DNA of 36,668 nt from Octopus bimaculoides (lineage: Eukaryota): positions 14,350,282 to 14,386,949 of the forward strand of contig NC_068998.1 in the NCBI RefSeq assembly GCF_001194135.2, given 5' to 3'. How positions within the stretch are numbered: position 1 is the stretch's first letter; each line of letters opens with the position of its first letter. Made by a program: the position numbers and the translations under genes. Positions 20,799-31,978 of this stretch are shown piece after piece. A model generated the notes under the pieces. It was not told the origin of the DNA and did not search any database. It saw only the letters and a program-made list of their open reading frames with translations.

Positions 20799-22197
20799 AA
20801 GAAATAATTGAGATATAGTTGAATTAGGTACTTAAGTTGAAGCACCAAGTCAGTCCAGTATTATTGCACAGCTCGAAGTAAGGTGAATAGAATCAAAATA
20901 AGCAACAGGACATCAATTACATCAATTTAAATACAATGCTACAAATATTCATTCAATGATACTCGCTTAATTATATGTATAATCACTCTAGTAGTTACTC
21001 AGCGAGATAATTATTTGCTTATTCCAGTCATGCAGCATTCACTAATTAATAAAGAATATCTCAACGCGCTCTGCCGTTATTTAACGCAGTAGAGAATTGA
21101 TTTTCAAGTGATGTTTCTAGAATTTCTAGCAGATCGGATGACTTCATTGTGGGTTTTTTTTCCCAATGGACGAATCTTTGCTCTGTAGACTAAGTTTTAT
21201 AAGTTTGGGGGCAAAATGTTCAATCGTTTGTTTGAAGCCTATGATTAGACGAAGTTCATTATTAACTATCGTAAAACTAACGCTGTTTAATCTAAATCCA
21301 TTTCTCGTCACTCTACAGACCGTCATAGTACATGCTATTTGAATGTGTTTTGAAGACAGCAACAGAAACCCCATTTCACAAGCTTATCACACTAGGACAT
21401 GATGCACACAGGCTGAGCTAACATGGTAGCGCCTACATGGTTGCTAAATTTGTCAGAAATGTTAGTCAAGTGTTCCTCAAATTCTGTCATATACCAATTT
21501 GAGTTTTATACTTTATCCCTTCTGTATTTCAAGCACTGAAAGATGAAAGTCTAATTTTTCTTTTATGTAAACATAAGGTGAATATCTCGTCTCTTTTGTG
21601 CTTTACGTTGCTTTGTGTATTTCGTATTATATACACATCTGTTATGCATAAATTGCAGCTATTATTTCGTCTTGTGTGGATTTGCTTTCTAGATAAAGCT
21701 GTTTTATAATAACGTCACAGACATATATATCCTTAAGTTTCTATGGATATTACGACAATGATGCCGAGTTGATTTTATTCCTGATTATGAATGAATGCTA
21801 TGTTTACGAAATTTGAAGCCTGTTCTATAGAAGCTATTTCATTAGAATGTATTGTATTTTTTGAGCACCAATCCTGTAAAGCAGCGTTTTTCATTGACAT
21901 TTTCCATTCAAAAACAACTTCGTATATTTGGACAACTGCATTCTTCTTCGCGTTGTATGATGTTTTGGGGATTTTGTTTAAGGGGAATATTCAAGCCTAT
22001 TTTGTCTATGCGACAATAACAACAGGTATACAGATTTATGTATATGTACATATATCTGTACATACACGCACACGCACGCACACACGCACGCACACACGCA
22101 CACACATGTCTGAATACGTATGTAGAAAAAATATATAGATAAGTACACGTATAGATATGTGCATGTATCTGCCTACACATACTTTTATCTGCTTCTC

Positions 22198-22214
22198 TAT
22201 GTATGTATGTATGA

Positions 22215-22247
<33 letters not shown>

Positions 22248-22315
22248 TCTATCTATCTATCTATCGACCTATTTATCTACCTACCTGCCTACCTACTAAC
22301 ATTCCTACATAGCTG

Positions 22316-22379
<64 letters not shown>

Positions 22380-22380
22380 A

Positions 22381-22412
<32 letters not shown>
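22198..22412. repeat. Compound (TATG)n/(TATC)n microsatellite
   Basis: Read directly. Confidence 0.96.
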
Positions 22413-22415
22413 ATA

Positions 22416-22760
22416 TCTGAGCTTAACAGTTTTATGCCAGACTTGTTTGGAGACGTCCTGGCAGCAGTGCACGGCAATTGGCAGCAAAACGGGAGCATCC
22501 CCGGTTTTGTGAGCCGAGGAGCCGTAACTCTGCTGAAGAAAGATCCAGACAAGGGGGACGTAATAGATAACTTTAGGCCCATCACTCTGCTCACTGCAGA
22601 CTTGAAAATTTTGGCCAAGGTGTCAGCCATGAGGTTGGTAGTTGTCATCGAGAAACTGGTCGACAAGTCGCAAACGTGCGCCGTGTCGGGCCGGAGCATC
22701 CATGACAACCCTCATCTGATGCGCTACATCATAGACAGGGTAGTTAAGGAACCTAGCATG
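22416..22760 (+). mobile_element. L1/Tx1-clade reverse transcriptase fragment (N-terminal RT region)
   Basis: Open frame FMPDLFGDVLA..RGAVTLLKKDPDKG..NFRPITLLTADLKILAKV..RL..LVDKSQTCAVSGRSIHDN..LMRYIIDR. The RPITLL/KILAK/QTCAV.GRSI.DN motifs are typical of Tx1-like RT. It is GC-rich relative to its flanks and stops before the catalytic YADD region. Confidence 0.9.
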
Positions 22761-23975
22761 TTTATCTATGAAGATAAACAACAAAATCTCATGTGCCGGA
22801 CTTAGATAATTGTTGGGAGATATCTCTCTGCATGAAACTGATGGTAGTCTGGTTAACCTATATTTATCAACAAATGCGGTTTTAAGCACTTATTCTCCCA
22901 TTTCGTTATTAACGTATATAATATACATGTGTGTGTGTGTTTGCACGTGTGCGTGTGTTTGTGTGTATGTGTGTGCGTGCGGGTGCACGCGCCCGTGTAT
23001 ATACATACAAATATATAGTGAAAATGAAAATGTAAAAAGGAAACATTCAAAATGTTCAAATTAATCACAGAGCACCACTCGTCAGCTATGGTGACCAACA
23101 TCTGCATAGTTTCGTTGCGATAAAAGTCCACTGACTTTAAAATAAATATGATGATATTTCCTTATGACTACCTTTATAACGCTTTGCCATGTTCCCTTCC
23201 TAATCTTAACGCTTCTATATTCATTCGACTGACGGTTTGAGAATTTCACATTTTCATTTTTAAATTAGACTGTTTTAAAGGCATGGAGTTCTGGCTTTTT
23301 GCGATAACTTACAAAGAGAGTTGGGAATAAATATTTAAACCGATAGAATCCTCGAACCGATGTAGAATTATATAACTCTAAAATCTGATAGATATCGTGG
23401 TATTGTGATAGGTTTCGTTACATAAAATGCATCTGTGTTTTCAATTTAGTCTTGTATTTTACTGGTAGATCAGCTTACATTGTTATTGTTCTCGTATTAA
23501 TGGACTAGGAAAATTCTATATCAAATTCTAACGTTATTAACTAGTGTCTTTGTTATCTAGTTCTATTTTGTGTCATGCCTTATAGCGTGTTATGATATCT
23601 CCATATTGTACAAAAATTGTCAACCGACACGAAAATGTGTGTCCAGTATAAAAGCGACGTTCGCATGCTATATTGGTTGAGCGAAATATATTCTGTGGTT
23701 ACGAGTTTGCGGGCTGCAGTTTAGTTTAACTATTTTCATATCTTTTCAGCAATTTTTAAACATTGATTTGGTCTCATTGTGTTTGAAAAAAAGAAAAGAG
23801 GAATATGTATGAGAAAGATGGTGCTGAATAAGAAAAGCGAATGTGTTGAGACTTCCACTTAAAATGTTGCTTGACAAAATTGATTTAATTTATTCATAAT
23901 CTTCTGACTAAGCAAATATTGCCATTATTTAAAGAAGCAGATTTGTTTTCTAACTTAGTATAAAATGATGCGAAC

Positions 23976-24258
23976 GAAGACGCATGGCTTAGTGGTTAGG
24001 GCATTCGGTTCACATTCATAAGGCCAGCGTGTTGTGTCCTTGAAGAAGACATTTTTATTCACGTTGCACCAGTCCATTCAGCTGCAAAAATGAGTTTTAC
24101 CTGCAATTCAAGAGACTAGCCTTGTCACGTACTATGTCAAGCTGAATTTTCCCAGGAACTATGGTAAGGGTACTCGTGTCAGTGGAGTGCTCAAACATTT
24201 GCACATTAATTTCATGACCGGATCAGCCGGAATAAGCTTCGTCGTAGTTAATAAGACG
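23976..24258 (+). mobile_element. tRNA-derived SINE, family B, with B-box region deleted
   Basis: GCATGGCTTAGTGGTTAGGG head, GTTGTGTCCTTGAAGAAGACATTT middle and tail 1 (CTGCAATTCAAG..GCCTTGTCAC..GTGGAGTGCTCA). Confidence 0.85.
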
Positions 24259-24954
24259 ATATGGGAGAAATAACCACACGTATTAGAGCACTGAATAATG
24301 TTCCCTTCATTTCGAGTAACGATTTGACTGTGGTTTGTATCAGTTATAATATTCTGTTCGTTTTAACTGGATGTATTTCTATAATTAATCCGATAACTTC
24401 ATTCTGAAAGCATTAGCCGTGAGTATGAGAAATACTGACAAATTTAAAGTAAAAAGAAACTATTTTTTTTTTCAATTTAAATATGAAATCTACAAATTGA
24501 TATTTCTTTAGCAGTAAGGTAAAAAAAAAGAAAAAGGTATTGTTCGAAGAGACAGGAGTGAAATTTAATCTCTGTAGTGGATCTAAGCTTTCAAAGTGAA
24601 ATAATAGCGCTATAGTTAAGAAATACAAAACTAAATTGGATATATTTGTACAAAATAAAATATTTTTCTGTACATTATTTTATATATATATATATATATA
24701 AATTAAATAATGAAGGTAAACCAGTGGCTTCGCATATTTAAAAAATCCGAAGATTAAAAATTGTATTACATACAAATTAAGAGGAATGGCCGCCAAAGTG
24801 GAATCCTGATATGCTAAAGATAGACGACAAATCGCCCTTACCACGAAGAGTGTGTTCTCAAGAAAAATTTCAGCAAATGCCAGAATGTAAAAATGAGCAA
24901 GACAAATGAAAATATTCGAAATAAAAAACGATTACCTACGGACCATGTATACCT

Positions 24955-24957
<3 letters not shown>

Positions 24958-24996
<39 letters not shown>
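24958..24996. repeat. (TA)n microsatellite
   Basis: Read directly. Confidence 0.96.
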
Positions 24997-24999
<3 letters not shown>

Positions 25000-26349
25000 G
25001 TATGTATTTCTTTATGTATAATACATAAGACTTATGCACACACACAGACACACACACATACACACACATGGGCATACATCTATATTTACATATATATGTA
25101 TTCATATATATGCACGCAGAAGAGAGCAAAAAAGATTCTCTTGAATCATAAATTATGAGAAAGTAATATTCACTAATTGAATAGGAACTAAAAAATAAGG
25201 ATTAATGTTCGAATAAAAAACACAGGATAAATAAACAGTAAAATTATTTGTTGGTAATAGAGTAAATATCATGCAATTATGAAAAATATGCAATATGATA
25301 TAATCTAATATATTATGTATAAACCTAGAGATATTTGCCTACCTATGTATATACATATATCATATATGTTCATACATGTATAATTACATAAATGTACTTA
25401 TAACTATATATATATATGCATATATATATATATATATANNNNNNNNNNNNNNNNNNNNNNNNNNNNNNNNNNNNNNNNNNNNNNNNNNNNNNNNNNNNNN
25501 NNNNNNNNNNNNNNNNNNNNNNNNNNNNNNNNNNNNNNNNNNNNNNNNNNNNNNNNNNNNNNNNNNNNNNNNNNNNNNNNNNNNNNNNNNNNNNNNNNNN
25601 NNNNNNNNNNNNNNNNNNNNNNNNNNNNNNNNNNNNNNNNNNNNNNNNNNNNNNNNNNNNNNNNNNNNNNNNNNNNNNNNNNNNNNNNNNNNNNNNNNNN
25701 NNNNNNNNNNNNNNNNNNNNNNNNNNNNNNNNNNNNNNNNNNNNNNNNNNNNNNNNNNNNNNNNNNNNNNNNNNNNNNNNNNNNNNNNNNNNNNNNNNNN
25801 NNNNNNNNNNNNNNNNNNNNNNNNNNNNNNNNNNNNNNNNNNNNNNNNNNNNNNNNNNNNNNNNNNNNNNNNNNNNNNNNNNNNNNNNNNNNNNNNNNNN
25901 NNNNNNNNNNNNNNNNNNNNNNNNNNNNNNNNNNNNNNNNNNNNNNNNNNNNNNNNNNNNNNNNNNNNNNNNNNNNNNNNNNNNNNNNNNNNNNNNNNNN
26001 NNNNNNNNNNNNNNNNNNNNNNNNNNNNNNNNNNNNNNNNNNNNNNNNNNNNNNNNNNNNNNNNNNNNNNNNNNNTATTCCGTGTTATGCTTAGAAACGA
26101 TACGTGTTATGAAAAACTCCGACACGACACGAATACGTCAAACCACTCCAGATCCTAATCATAGTAACCGTGTGAATGGATTTATGACCTGTAGCTTGTA
26201 CAGCACATAGAATCGCATAATCCATAAAAGTGAAGCCAATCCACGCAACAAAATTATGAATGCGTTTAATACGTATGTTCCATACAGATAAAGAGGGATT
26301 TCATCTCTTACGCAAAATATTATACGGTTAATACATATCAGTATATTCT

Positions 26350-26535
26350 GATAGCGCATCGGACAAAATGTTTAGCAGTCTATTTCCGGATCTTTACGTT
26401 CCGAGTTGAAATCTCACCGAGGTCAAATTCACCTTTCGTCCCATTCGTGGTCAATAAAACAAGTACCAGTGAAAGACATGTGTCAATGTAATCGGCTTCT
26501 CACTGGCCCAAATTTTAGGCCTTGTATGTATATAA
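26350..26535 (+). mobile_element. Degenerate family-A SINE
   Basis: TTTACGTTCCGAGTTGAAATCTCACCGAGGTCAAATTCACCTTTCGTCCCATTCGTGGTCAATAAAACAAGTACCAGT...AAATTTTAGGCCTTGT. Confidence 0.85.
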
Positions 26536-26536
26536 C

Positions 26537-26690
26537 TTTCAAATTTTGTCATAAGGCCAGCAATTTCAGGGAAGTTTCTAAATCGATTATAATGTCCCCA
26601 ATCTTCGACTGACTCTTATTTTATCGACTCCCAAGGGATGAAAGTCGAAATGGACTTCGGCAGAATTTGAACTTGAACCGTAAAAGTTTC
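26537..26690 (-). mobile_element. Degenerate family-A SINE, tail-to-tail with the preceding copy
   Basis: TTTCAAATTTTGTCATAAGGCCAGCAATTTC...TTATTTTATCGACTCCCAAGGGATGAAAGTCGAAATGGACTTCGGCAGAATTTGAACT. Confidence 0.85.
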
Positions 26691-26849
26691 CGAACGTTCC
26701 AATTCACGACATTTCTAGATGTAAGAGTAAAACGGGATGTCTCTCACAAGAGTCAGAACATATTTTCTAGGGAATTTCAACGTGAAGAATCTGTGCTTCC
26801 GTTGAGTCGCCGATGTCCGTATGCCTCCAATACCTTAACCAAACAAAAT

Positions 26850-27106
26850 GTACATGTACACAACACACACACACGCAGACACACGCACACACATAGTGTA
26901 CATATATATATATGTATGTATGTGTATATACACACACACACACATATAAATGCATACATATATATATTTATGTAAATGTATATATATAAATGTGTGTATG
27001 CATATATATATATGTGTATATATATGTATATATGTGCTTGTAGTGCTTTTATGCATACAGGTACACACACGTACATACATATATACAGGCATAGATATGA
27101 ATGTGC

Positions 27107-27179
<73 letters not shown>

Positions 27180-27263
27180 TATATTTATATAACTTTATAT
27201 ATATATATGTGCGTATATATACACATATATATGGTTGTATGTCTATGCGTATATCTACATCTA

Positions 27264-27316
<53 letters not shown>

Positions 27317-27409
27317 GTCTGTCTGTCTGCATATCTGTCTGCATGTCTGTCTGTCTGTTTGGCTGGCTGGCTGCTTGTCTGCTTGCATACCTGTCTGACT
27401 GTTTGTCTC

Positions 27410-27496
<87 letters not shown>

Positions 27497-27527
27497 ATGT
27501 TTGTCTGTATGTCTGTCTCTATGTATG
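26850..27527. repeat. Large compound microsatellite field: (CA)n, (TA)n (about 27108-27176), (TATC)n/(TGTC)n
   Basis: Read directly; it is the source of many low-complexity ORFs. Confidence 0.96.
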
Positions 27528-27529
27528 TA

Positions 27530-27725
27530 CGAGGGTTGAAAAGTTCCTGACTTTAAGAGTATAGCGAAAGACCTGGCTGGATCTTCTTTTACAGCGTTTA
27601 CAAACCTGAAGGACCGCTACAATAACTGAGAATTTGAGAGGGGAAATTGTTAAATGAAATCATAATTAACTGATCCTCTTGCATTTTCTTTTACTCGAAG
27701 CCAGGAACTTACCAGCACCCCCTCG
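27530..27725 (+). mobile_element. Mariner-derived MITE (internal deletion derivative)
   Basis: Left end TA|CGAGGG..TGAAAGTTCCTGACTTT; the right end reverse-complements to CGAGGGGTGCTGGTAAGTTCCTGGCTT. It is flanked by TA and TG and carries a remnant of the mariner C-terminus (CTGAAGGACCG...GAGAGGGGAA). Confidence 0.85.
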
Positions 27726-28019
27726 TGTGTATACACATACAGAGATAACTAAGAAAATTATTGTTTGTCGTTTGCCTAATAAATATTTATCTTATTTAAT
27801 GTACACCAGTTTCTGTACTCTAGTTTTCTTGTGAGGAAATAGATTCCTACTGGAAATAGAGAAAAACCTATTTACCATTTATCTTTAAAGATGTTATCGC
27901 AGTAAAAATATATGCTTTGAACCAAATTTTCTACCAACCTATTTATGCATGTTTATGTATTATTATATACAATATGTACTACTACCTCCCTCCCTCCCTG
28001 CAGCCCTCCCCCTATATAT

Positions 28020-28026
28020 ATACATA

Positions 28027-28058
<32 letters not shown>

Positions 28059-28154
28059 AATATATATATATATACATATATACATACATACATATATATA
28101 TATATATGTATATGTATATATACATATATGTATATATATATATATATATATATA
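28020..28154. repeat. (TA)n/(CATA)n microsatellite at the gap edge
   Basis: Read directly. Confidence 0.95.
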
Positions 28155-28714
28155 NNNNNNNNNNNNNNNNNNNNNNNNNNNNNNNNNNNNNNNNNNNNNN
28201 NNNNNNNNNNNNNNNNNNNNNNNNNNNNNNNNNNNNNNNNNNNNNNNNNNNNNNNNNNNNNNNNNNNNNNNNNNNNNNNNNNNNNNNNNNNNNNNNNNNN
28301 NNNNNNNNNNNNNNNNNNNNNNNNNNNNNNNNNNNNNNNNNNNNNNNNNNNNNNNNNNNNNNNNNNNNNNNNNNNNNNNNNNNNNNNNNNNNNNNNNNNN
28401 NNNNNNNNNNNNNNNNNNNNNNNNNNNNNNNNNNNNNNNNNNNNNNNNNNNNNNNNNNNNNNNNNNNNNNNNNNNNNNNNNNNNNNNNNNNNNNNNNNNN
28501 NNNNNNNNNNNNNNNNNNNNNNNNNNNNNNNNNNNNNNNNNNNNNNNNNNNNNNTATATATATATACATGTATATTTACATACATTTATATATATATATA
28601 TAACAGATACTTATCTATTATTTTACTTTTTATTCAGTTATCCGTCTGTAAATATATTTAATGTTTCTACCTTAATCTTTTATTCAACACGCTTCTCTTC
28701 TAGTACATCTGTTT

Positions 28715-28776
28715 TTTCTCTCAGTCTATATATTTCTCTCAGTCTATATATTTCTCTTAGTCTATATATTTCTCTC
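28715..28776. repeat. 18-bp minisatellite, about 3.4 copies (AGTCTATATATTTCTCTC)
   Basis: Units at 28723, 28741 and 28759 with one substitution. Confidence 0.95.
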
Positions 28777-29779
28777 TTTCTCGCTTTTCTTTTCTCTTTC
28801 TTTGTCTTTTCTCTTTCTTTGTCTTTTCTCTCTCCACCACCTGATATTTTATATGCATGATATGATTTCATATAGAACGAATTGCAGATGAAGCTGTCAG
28901 TATCATTTTATTGAACCACTCCTCTACACTTGTTAAACAGACACTTTTAAGAAAACTACGAGTTTCGCGTAGCCTGTTGATGTCTAAACTATTTAGAAAT
29001 GATTTTCAACTATCTAGCAACTCTGACACATAGCCACGAAGTTTCACAGACACTTAGTTACATAGTTGAGAAAATACAAACTCGAACACATATATATTTA
29101 TGTATTCATAAACTTATTAGGAATACAGATACACTGACCAACAGTTATACCATCTCAGAGTCAAGCGTCCGTAAAGTTGCTGAATTATATAGTATGATAG
29201 TCACACACTGTCACAGTTATGGATTCAAACAAACAGTATTGCACATATACAAAAACCACACAACTAAGTAGTCATAGCTACAAAGTCACACAACTACATA
29301 GAAATATACTCACAGTCACAAACTCAACTGTATATATATATATATAGCAATGAGAAAATGGAGGAGAATATGCGGTATCCATCGACTTGCAAACAGTGTA
29401 TTCCGTTGATTAATTCGTTTATTTTATAACTTAAATGACAAAAACCACAATATACAGATGCTTATGACATACCATGTCATATTAACAATTAAGGTTACAA
29501 ATATAAAGTGCATTTAGCAATTGGAGAATGTACAGAAACTTACAGCTGTTTCGGCCTAGCGTTGGCATGTCCCATTCTATCTCTATAGCTCCTGTGCGCT
29601 GGAGTGGGTTGAACCCTGAACCCCTAACTCTCTTGCATTATATATATATATATGTATATATATATATGCATATTTCAGTGTATAACACACATTCACAGTC
29701 ATATATTTAAATAAGTATATTGTCTCACAACCATGAAATTCACAAGTGAGATAATACATAGTCACTCAGTGGCATGATT

Positions 29780-29992
29780 ATACTGTCAGAAAATCACAGG
29801 CTTTAAGGGTGTCGCGAAAGGTTTGGTAGGAGGCTCAACCTTCTGAGTTCTTTTAGAGGACATAGAAAAACTGAAGGACCGGTGCAGTAAGTGTGTTAAT
29901 CTGAGAGGGGAATATGTTGAATGAAATCATAATTAACTTATCTTCCAGTACTTTCTTCTACCCAAACCCAGGAACTTTTCAGCGCCTCCTCA
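29780..29992 (+). mobile_element. Second copy of the mariner-derived MITE
   Basis: Aligns with 27530-27725. Encodes KLKDRCSKCVNLRGEYVE*, which resembles the mariner transposase C-terminus. The right TIR CCAGGAACTTTTCAGCGCCTCCTCA is followed by TA; the left TIR is eroded. Confidence 0.85.
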
Positions 29993-30444
29993 TAGTTACA
30001 CAGTCGCAGTCACATAGTCACATATTCTCAAAGTCATACAAGTACATATTCAAACTACACAGTAACTTCAAATGATAGTAACCACATAATCACAGTCACA
30101 TCGACTAATAGACGTATATATGCTTAGTTAATTGTCAGTTCAAGTTGGTAAATAATCTTTAAATGTCAGAGCGGGAGTAGAGCTGACAAATTTCTCCTAA
30201 GGTAAATTGCGAAGAATTTGATAGCAGTGTTAATTAATTCCCATATGCTCCAGTCAATGTGGTATATTAACATTCGGTTTCGCACACATCACTTATTGTT
30301 ATTAACTTTTCATTCATTGTCGGAACATTGCCACATGTAGCACGGATCTGGTTATCAGCGGAGACTATTGAGATAATCTTTCAGCTGCTTTCCTTTTACA
30401 AGCAGTATCAGACAGTTTTCTTCTGTCATATGACTGTGGTGAAC

Positions 30445-30832
30445 TGTTGTTGTTGGCACTCCGTCGCTTACGACGTCGAGGGTTCCAGTTGATCCGATCA
30501 ACGGAACAGCCTGCTCGTGAAATTAACGTGCAAGTGGCTGAGCACTCCACAGACACGTGTACCCTTAACGTAGTTCTCGGGGAGATTCAGCGTGACACAG
30601 TGTGACAAGGCTGACCCTTTGAATTACAGGCACAACAGAAACAGGAAGTAAGAGTGAGAGAAAGTTGTGGTGAAAGAGTACAGAAGAGTTCGCCACAATC
30701 CCCTGCCGGAGCCTCGTGGGGCTTTAGGTGTTTTCGCTCAATAAACACTCACAACGCCCGGTCTGGGAATCGAAACTGCGATCCTATGACCACGAGTCCG
30801 CTGCCCTAACCACTGGGCCATTGCGCCTCCAC
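30445..30832 (-). mobile_element. Well-preserved tRNA-derived SINE (middle X + tail 1)
   Basis: A box TGGCCCAGTGG (30810-30820), B box GTTTCGATTCC (30766-30776) and a (CAA)n tail. The middle is shared with 6281-6379 and the tail with 4200-4374. Confidence 0.93.
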
Positions 30833-31234
30833 TTGTGGTGAACTACATTGAATGGATTGAGGGCAGAAAATTTTCTCTTCCGCCAAGGTTTCATCAAATT
30901 AATCTAGTATCGCTTGAGGAGAGAAATGAGAATGAAAGTTTACGAAAAAGGGCCCTCTTCAGGAAATTTGCTAAAAGGGGGGCTTTTGTGATATGTATTT
31001 ACTGGGTAGATAAGGTTACTCTAAACATGCATCTACAAGCTGTAGTGTAGTCAGAATTCTGAACTTTGGCATTTGCCTTCGGTAGACAAGGTGTGAAGTT
31101 CTCTGATCGATCATGAATGACAGTGAAGTTATTGGCACATATACACAACGTATAAGTTTCACATAATTTTTGCTCTTCCTATGCGTAAGTTGTTCTAATG
31201 TCCTTCAGCTATCGCCCTAGTGATCAAAGAAAAC

Positions 31235-31248
31235 ATTATTATTATTAC

Positions 31249-31309
<61 letters not shown>
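31235..31309. repeat. (ATT)25 microsatellite
   Basis: Read directly; one C interruption. Confidence 0.98.
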
Positions 31310-31912
31310 GAGTGAGAGAGCAGTGCATGCCATCAAAGTGACACTGGGGTAAAATATCCGAAGCCCATTATACCCATCATGACTACCCGTCTGATAAGGG
31401 TACACCAGGCACATGCATCACAACCATATGTGTGCGACATGGTGATCTCATATCAAGATAAACAGCGCATGACCTCGCAGGGTCGAGTAGCCCATCCCGC
31501 TCAAAAGGTCCCTNNNNNNNNNNNNNNNNNNNNNNNNNNNNNNNNNNNNNNNNNNNNNNNNNNNNNNNNNNNNNNNNNNNNNNNNNNNNNNNNNNNNNNN
31601 NNNNNNNNNNNNNNNNNNNNNNNNNNNNNNNNNNNNNNNNNNNNNNNNNNNNNNNNNNNNNNNNNNNNNNNNNNNNNNNNNNNNNNNNNNNNNNNNNNNN
31701 NNNNNNNATCAGAGATGCACATATCGTCAGCCACCAAGGGACATACTCAACTGGTTAAGGTCAAGCAACTGACAAGCAAATCTGTGGTATTAAGCAGAAT
31801 ATTTGTTGTAGCCCATCTTTTTATACCAAGACAAAACAATGTACATGATAACACTTCCAATCAATTAAGATTAGAAGCCATGAGAACCACTGCCTGGTAC
31901 TGTATCAGGGCA

Positions 31913-31914
<2 letters not shown>
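31310..31914. mobile_element. Approximately 600-bp non-coding element bounded on both sides by (TTA)n (194 nt hidden by a gap)
   Basis: Complex, GC-richer sequence with sharp junctions to pure ATT/TTA runs at both ends. No recognisable ORF, tRNA head or TIR. Mobile-element status is inferred from its architecture. Confidence 0.65.

Positions 31915-31978
<64 letters not shown>
31915..31978. repeat. (TTA)21 microsatellite
   Basis: Read directly. Confidence 0.98.

Noticed and set aside
29535-29560. GGCCGAAACAGCTGT (minus strand), reminiscent of Penelope-like element ends
   Set aside because: No upstream CTGANGA core and no RT or GIY-YIG remnant nearby.
30760-30832. tRNA gene on the minus strand
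   Set aside because: A and B boxes are present, but the anticodon and acceptor stems do not pair and the sequence runs into a SINE body. It is a SINE head.
30840-31234. Continuation of the old R4 RT beyond the stack
   Set aside because: Only vague similarity in hand translation. Kept as a test, not a claim.
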